Source: a virus. Taken from it: a stretch of 64,000 nucleotides of DNA. The notes under the pieces were generated by a model. It was not told the DNA's origin. It was given only the letters and a program-made list of their open reading frames with translations, and ran no database searches. The DNA is taken from the IMG/VR virus record IMGVR_UViG_3300008954_000020, positions 1 to 64,000 of that record; one strand, written 5' to 3'. The first letter of the stretch is position 1; each line of letters starts with the position of its first letter. Made by a program: the position numbers and the translations under genes. Positions 58,704 to 64,000 of the stretch are shown in pieces.

Positions 58704-59151
58704 CAACTACCTCTGCATCAATCATGTTGTGTTCTATTTGTTTAACATTTTGTTTTACCATATCTTGCAATTCTTTTGTCGAACCAACAAATAAGGTATT
58801 ATTTGTGATGGTTCCTGCAAGTGGTGAATCGGGGTCTTGTTTTTTAATATCCTTCATCTTTTTATGAAGGTCAATTAAATCTTTGTTTGCATCGGAAACA
58901 CTTTTGATGAGTTGGGAAACAACTTCATATGCTCGTGGGGATTCTCCCTCCGATGCCACCCGAAGAATGCCATCGATTGCAACTTGTCCAGAGTCAATAA
59001 TGTGATGAAGATTATCTCGAACATCGGTGTAATCCTTATTAAGTTCAGGTTCATAGGCTTTAATTGCCTTTGGTTCTGACTGTTGGATTTCTTTTTCTTT
59101 ATGTTCGATATTTAATGCTTCTGAAAGTTTTTCGTCTACGCTTTTACTCAT
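58687..59151 (-). CDS. gp16: Terminase small subunit (gp16)
   Basis: SPRAYEV, NNTLFVGSTKELQ. Confidence 0.9.
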   Translation of the reverse strand: MSKSVDEKLSEALNIEHKEKEIQQSEPKAIKAYEPELNKDYTDVRDNLHHIIDSGQVAIDGILRVASEGESPRAYEVVSQLIKSVSDANKDLIDLHKKMKDIKKQDPDSPLAGTITNNTLFVGSTKELQDMVKQNVKQIEHNMIDAEVVDGKQE

Positions 59152-59981
59152 GCTAATGTGTTACCTGCTGAATCAATTCCGTCTGTTCCCGTCATACCAT
59201 GTACACGGGTTGTTATTGTATAATCATAATCACTACCATATGTAGCGCCTGCTGGATTGGGTGTAATATCAATTCGTGATAGAGCACCCGTAAGTCCACT
59301 GAAAGTAGAATCTAGAGTATTGTCATATTGAACAGTGATAGCCGTCTTGATAACACCAGATGTCTTGACTGGACTGTACATGTAAGACCTTGCAACAAAT
59401 TCAAGATTCCACATAACAGACCGAATATCATCAAATGCTCCCTCATAATCGGATTCTACACTTGTACTTTGTAAAACAATTGGAACATCTACTTTTTGAT
59501 GAAGGTCATCTACGAGATTTAAATTAACTGTAAATTCTGGTGTAAAGTATGGTGCAATCTGTTCTAATATCTGTAGTCCATCATCCACAGTTTCAGTCAT
59601 AATATACAGACCAAAGTTTAAATTGTATGGAACAGAAGAATAATTTGATTTTACTTGGGCAGTAGTGAGTGATGAATTATAGGACTTGAGCCGATTAAGT
59701 GTATTAATTTTTCTAGCAGTATCATACTCAACTGATGATAATTCAAATCCGATTCGAGGAAGCGTCATACTCACATCTGTTTTATCTGGATTGGATAAAC
59801 GGTAGTCTTCCCTTAATCTACGAATGAACTTTGCTTGGTTTCCATAGGATATTGGAACCTTAATTTGTTTGATTTCAACTCCGGCTGAATTTTTACGAGA
59901 TACCTTGATGTTGTTGAATAATGATCCAAAAGCAATTACAGTATTACGAATACTCTTGTTGTAAAAATGGTCGCCAAACAT
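59148..59981 (-). CDS. gp15: Tail sheath stabiliser/completion protein (gp15)
   Basis: FGSLFN, VPISY, LPRIGFE, QILEQI.PYF.P. Confidence 0.92.
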   Translation of the reverse strand: MFGDHFYNKSIRNTVIAFGSLFNNIKVSRKNSAGVEIKQIKVPISYGNQAKFIRRLREDYRLSNPDKTDVSMTLPRIGFELSSVEYDTARKINTLNRLKSYNSSLTTAQVKSNYSSVPYNLNFGLYIMTETVDDGLQILEQIAPYFTPEFTVNLNLVDDLHQKVDVPIVLQSTSVESDYEGAFDDIRSVMWNLEFVARSYMYSPVKTSGVIKTAITVQYDNTLDSTFSGLTGALSRIDITPNPAGATYGSDYDYTITTRVHGMTGTDGIDSAGNTLA

Positions 59982-60631
59982 TACTTATAATCACCTTCTG
60001 AGAATGGGTCGTTTTCTGTGAAGTCAAATATACCATCACCGAGTGTTTCAATAGTAGTATTATCTGCAAACGGGTCGGATGGAATTGTTATACCACCTGT
60101 GACAGAATCAACTTGGTCAGTTGTTAATGAGTCAACACGGTCATCTCCCGTGTCAAAGTCTTCGTGGGAGTATCGGAAGAGGTCACATGTAAGTTCATAG
60201 GTGTATAGTTTGCCGGCTTGATAGAATGGATTTTCTGTTTCGACATATTTTATTTCGAATAATCCATTGGTTAATGGGAAATGAATCAAATCACCCTCCC
60301 TTGGATATGTTATATCAGAAAGGTGTGCAAACTCCTCTGTGAATCGTTTCTTTGATACAACAACACTCATTGAATCGTTGATTTGAAAACCCAGTTTGGT
60401 GATTATATCACCCTCACCCTCGAATCCGTCTACATTAGATACATACATTTCAATTTCGACAGCATGTTCGAATTTCGAGATAGTGTCTTCACCGAAAAGA
60501 GTATCTTCGTTGACTAGAGTTCTTGGGATATAAAGAAAATCGAAACCATGTACCTTTATTGATTCTATTACAAGGTCTTCAATAAGATTTTGGTCAACCG
60601 ATTCTCTCTTGAAGTGTGGATTTGTTGACAT
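59981..60631 (-). CDS. gp14: Neck protein (gp14)
   Basis: ESIK.HG..YIPR, PREGDLI, PFYQ.G, DFTENDPF. Confidence 0.92.
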   Translation of the reverse strand: MSTNPHFKRESVDQNLIEDLVIESIKVHGFDFLYIPRTLVNEDTLFGEDTISKFEHAVEIEMYVSNVDGFEGEGDIITKLGFQINDSMSVVVSKKRFTEEFAHLSDITYPREGDLIHFPLTNGLFEIKYVETENPFYQAGKLYTYELTCDLFRYSHEDFDTGDDRVDSLTTDQVDSVTGGITIPSDPFADNTTIETLGDGIFDFTENDPFSEGDYK

Positions 60632-60638
60632 TATTAAT

Positions 60639-63600
60639 CTACCTCAATACTTGAGCAGTGATATATCCACCCTTGTTGAACTTTGCTGAATGATTCGTTG
60701 ATCTCAGTCTGAAACGCTTTGGTTGAGTAGTATTTCGGCGGTATATGCCTTCGAATTTACATTGTTGCATATTTGCTTCAGTTGTATCCTTGAACCATCT
60801 ATTCGACATCTCGATAGGCCTGCCCAGTTTTACAGTAAGCTCATCAGACCATCTGTTTCCTGCCGATTCATGAGCGTATTGCAGTTGACGAATAGTGAAA
60901 TGTCCAACAGCGCCCATGTAATCGTTTTGTGTATCGTGATCTTTCTGGTAGTTGACGTCCCCAACACCACCGAAGCCACCGTTCACATAGATCCCATTGT
61001 ATGTGGCCATGCAAGGAATTCCGTAATTACTCATATTGCTGAAATCAACCACTCTCAATTGCCTACTGCCATGTGCATAGTCATGATTGTTGCACCAGAA
61101 GAGTCCAGAATATCGATTGGCGCCAAAGTCTGATGTATGGACACCGTTGTCGTAGTAAGTGAAACCAGCATACCACCCCTTAGTGGTGTTCAGGCCAAGA
61201 CCGTTCCAATCAATTCGTATATCATTTGCGCCGAGATCGATTACATCTTCCAAATCGACATCAAGCGTTGTGCCACTCCTGCTGACTCGTTCTTCCACAT
61301 AAAAGACATCCGCACCAGCACGCCAATTTCCACCCTTACCACATTTAATTCCTTTGAAAGTGCCTACGGTTTGGCCATTGTAATTTGTAGCGCTGGAACC
61401 AAGGTCGAGATACCTGATATTATCCAAACGGACATCAACATCACCAAGGCCACTATCGGGATAACCGTCAAGGAGAATTAGATTGTCCTTGATCTCGCAA
61501 TAGGGGCCCCAGCCACTCGCAACCCCACTGGCATATCGCAAGACCAGGCCGCTGCCGGAAAAATATATTGCGCCGGGATTGGTGGCAGGGTCTTTCGAAC
61601 GAATTGTGTCATTTGATCCTTGCCCAATTGTAAGGGCTTCACAAGTTACCATTTGCGTTGCCCATAAATTCTCTGCGGCTAAGTTTCCGTAACAATTTAC
61701 TTTATACCCAGCATCTGGATTTCCGCCGATACCAACATTACCGATGCCGTCAATGATCATTCTGGTTTTTGCGCCCGCATCATAACTATTTGTAGTAGCA
61801 AAGGCCATTTTACTGCCGTATCCAACATCCGTAGCTACATAAATCCCCGCACTAGCCCTATTGTCCGAATCTTGAGCACCGAATGTAATTGCACCGCCTC
61901 GGCCCGCAAGGTCGGTTGAACCTCTTACATCCAAGTGCAACATGCCTTTGATGTTGCCGATGTTTGTGACGAAATGGTTCGAACCATCAGTCCAACTATT
62001 CGCACCGTCATCGGGGTCTTCTGACCAGAGGTGAAGAAGACATCCGGCCGCATTGTGAGTCGTTCCGTGTCCCGGCCCCATTGCAATCTGTCCATCAGCT
62101 CCGACAGACATATGAACGACATCTTCGTTTTCACTTGCGACTCTGAAATATCCATCAGTTCGCACTGCAATTTTGTCTTCACTCGCTAGAATTAGCGATC
62201 TATTAGTACCATCAGTGAACTCCACAAAACCATAATCATATATTCCTGCGCCATCAAAGTTCATTGATATGTGGGGAGCCGTGCCAGAGGGCTTTATCAT
62301 AAGTGGCGCATCAGGAGCATCAGTTGTACCAATGGATACACCTTGATTTTCTTCTGTACAAAGAAAAGTATCCCCCGAAATTCGACATTCACCATTAACA
62401 TCTAATAGATAATCAGCATATCGTTTATTGATTCCTACATAACCAGTTAATTTCTGAATAGAGATGTCACTAGTCGCATGAGGATTCTCACCACTTCGTG
62501 CAGTGATATACATATACTCCATATTTTCACTGCCAGACCCATAGGCACCCAACACTCCCAACGAATCCAATACGCCTTGATCCCCCACAAATACACCATT
62601 ACTATTCGTCCCTGCAATAGCAAATCCACGGGCCCACCCGCCAGTCGTGTAAGATGGTGCAGTTACAATACCATAATCACTTATCATGGATATAGAAGAG
62701 AAGCCCTCGACTCTAATGGGCCCTTGAAAGGTTTGGGCGGATGTTTCTGTCAGATATGCAATTCCAGACGGTAAGAGATCACTGTCCCAATCGGTTGATC
62801 CATCAGCATTAATTATGGCAATAAGTTGATTTGCTGTTAATTGAGCCGGAGCAGAAGAAGAACCAGCACCAAGACCGAGAATTCGGTTGGGGAAAATATC
62901 TGCCATCATTTCATGAGTAAATGCTTGGGCAGTAAATGCACCACCACCACTAGGAACCATCAAAACATCATTACCAGCAGTTGTGCCTGTGGTAACATCT
63001 GTAATATCGTTTAATACGAGAGATGCAGTAACCGATGACTGTGGAATGAATCCAAATTCTTGGTTTGTGCCATCACCAAATCGAATCATAACATGACCCG
63101 ATGCACCGTGTTGTCCCGACATGAGGTTCATTGCAGAAAGTCCTACTGCACCATCGGCAAGTTCATATGATCGAACCGAACCATCTTCAATTTCTGTATA
63201 ACCAATACCGCCTGTTTTGATTGAAACTGCACCAGAGGAAGTACTAAACATATTGGAATTAAAACTAGCAATACCCTTATTGGAAGTCGTAGCTTCTTCA
63301 CCCGAAAAGCTAACTTTATTGGACGAAACTGTTGTGCTAATCCCATCGGCACCTTCGAATGTTATTGTTTGACCAAGTGATACTGCATCGGTCGTACTGC
63401 CGTCGTATATATTAATTCCATCGTTTGCTATTTTTGCGTTTGTAACTGCATCATCTGGAATTTTTACAGTTGTAACTGCATCGTCTTGAATTTTTGCAGT
63501 TATTACGGAATCTGTTGCAAGTTTAGCAGCAACAACACCAACATCTTTGAGTCGAAGAGCATTACCACTAATTTCAAGTCCTGTACCATCTACATTAACT

Positions 63601-63998
63601 TGAAGGGTGTGGTCACCACCAAGTGTAACACCTGCACCATCCATTAATGCGCCGCCACCAGAAGAATATGTTAGTCCCGAACCCACAGGGGTTGCAAGTG
63701 TGATTCCACCAGCATTGGCCAACATGGCGTTTGTTACTTTTCCAGCGCCAATTGCCACAACACCTGTGTTATTGATAGTAATATCACCACTAATCACTCG
63801 GTTTGTAAAGGAATCATCACCACCATGGCCAATAAACATATGGCCATCGAGAATTGGTAAATTCAAACTCATTTCTTCGAGTCCGGCAATACCAGTTGCA
63901 CCTGTACCAATTTCTGTGACATTCAGCCACGCCCATGTCTTGTTATCTCCAACACCTGTTCCCGTAATGCCAAGAATATTACTAGTACCAACACCCGG
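60639..63998 (-). CDS. Long fibre-like structural protein, 5'-truncated by the window
   Basis: The frame stays open to the window end. Contains 10-aa DAVTxxKIxD repeats and GxVGI repeats, with a distinct C-terminal domain. Confidence 0.7.
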   Translation of the reverse strand, partial: PGVGTSNILGITGTGVGDNKTWAWLNVTEIGTGATGIAGLEEMSLNLPILDGHMFIGHGGDDSFTNRVISGDITINNTGVVAIGAGKVTNAMLANAGGITLATPVGSGLTYSSGGGALMDGAGVTLGGDHTLQVNVDGTGLEISGNALRLKDVGVVAAKLATDSVITAKIQDDAVTTVKIPDDAVTNAKIANDGINIYDGSTTDAVSLGQTITFEGADGISTTVSSNKVSFSGEEATTSNKGIASFNSNMFSTSSGAVSIKTGGIGYTEIEDGSVRSYELADGAVGLSAMNLMSGQHGASGHVMIRFGDGTNQEFGFIPQSSVTASLVLNDITDVTTGTTAGNDVLMVPSGGGAFTAQAFTHEMMADIFPNRILGLGAGSSSAPAQLTANQLIAIINADGSTDWDSDLLPSGIAYLTETSAQTFQGPIRVEGFSSISMISDYGIVTAPSYTTGGWARGFAIAGTNSNGVFVGDQGVLDSLGVLGAYGSGSENMEYMYITARSGENPHATSDISIQKLTGYVGINKRYADYLLDVNGECRISGDTFLCTEENQGVSIGTTDAPDAPLMIKPSGTAPHISMNFDGAGIYDYGFVEFTDGTNRSLILASEDKIAVRTDGYFRVASENEDVVHMSVGADGQIAMGPGHGTTHNAAGCLLHLWSEDPDDGANSWTDGSNHFVTNIGNIKGMLHLDVRGSTDLAGRGGAITFGAQDSDNRASAGIYVATDVGYGSKMAFATTNSYDAGAKTRMIIDGIGNVGIGGNPDAGYKVNCYGNLAAENLWATQMVTCEALTIGQGSNDTIRSKDPATNPGAIYFSGSGLVLRYASGVASGWGPYCEIKDNLILLDGYPDSGLGDVDVRLDNIRYLDLGSSATNYNGQTVGTFKGIKCGKGGNWRAGADVFYVEERVSRSGTTLDVDLEDVIDLGANDIRIDWNGLGLNTTKGWYAGFTYYDNGVHTSDFGANRYSGLFWCNNHDYAHGSRQLRVVDFSNMSNYGIPCMATYNGIYVNGGFGGVGDVNYQKDHDTQNDYMGAVGHFTIRQLQYAHESAGNRWSDELTVKLGRPIEMSNRWFKDTTEANMQQCKFEGIYRRNTTQPKRFRLRSTNHSAKFNKGGYITAQVLR

Positions 63999-64000
63999 CG

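Noticed and set aside
951-64000. Numerous + strand and nested ORFs in the track (e.g. 2464-2934, 6052-6603, 56767-57297)
   Set aside because: They are antisense or alternate-frame shadows of well-supported minus-strand genes, with no SD or motifs.
1-64000. tRNA genes or stop-codon recoding
   Set aside because: No cloverleaf was seen in the short intergenic gaps. Core genes are full length in the standard code, and TAA, TAG and TGA all serve as stops.

Overview
This 64 kb window is the core of a large AT-rich T4-like myophage (Tevenvirinae/Kyanoviridae-like gene set; environmental type; host unknown). It uses the standard genetic code and is coded almost entirely on the minus strand. Reading right to left: a truncated fibre-like gene, gp14-gp23 and gp3 (neck, terminase, tail, head), uvsY/dCMP deaminase/uvsW, gp55, gp47/46, rnh, gp45/44/62 with a GroES-like and a DruA/DUF4338-like gene inserted, and regA. 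Next comes a ~14 kb, 15-gene glycan locus (GT32, GT25, tyvelose-type epimerase, GT11, two methyltransferases, tandem LicD, TagD, RmlB, DegT, epimerase, GT2-TPR) that abuts a fibre module. It is followed by dUTPase, gp43 flanked by DUF1599-like and Mom-like genes, uvsX, gp40/41/61, type II glutamine synthetase, thyX, a collagen-like protein and class II RNR. The minus-strand run ends in a late block with a trypsin-like lipoprotein, two unannotated membrane peptides, ruvC and a holin/u-spanin-like cassette with no endolysin. The best candidate for an undescribed system is virion-wide protein O-glycosylation: the glycan locus, plus a recurring G-x-T / G-x-S-A motif in fibres and in the variable extensions of gp3, gp14, gp15, gp18 and gp23. 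Other signals are a possible protease-assisted lysis module, apparent GGWCC site avoidance, sigma70-type promoters that all have 16-nt spacers with probable leaderless starts, and a mini-uORF on gp55. All calls come from reading motifs by eye; no database searches were run.
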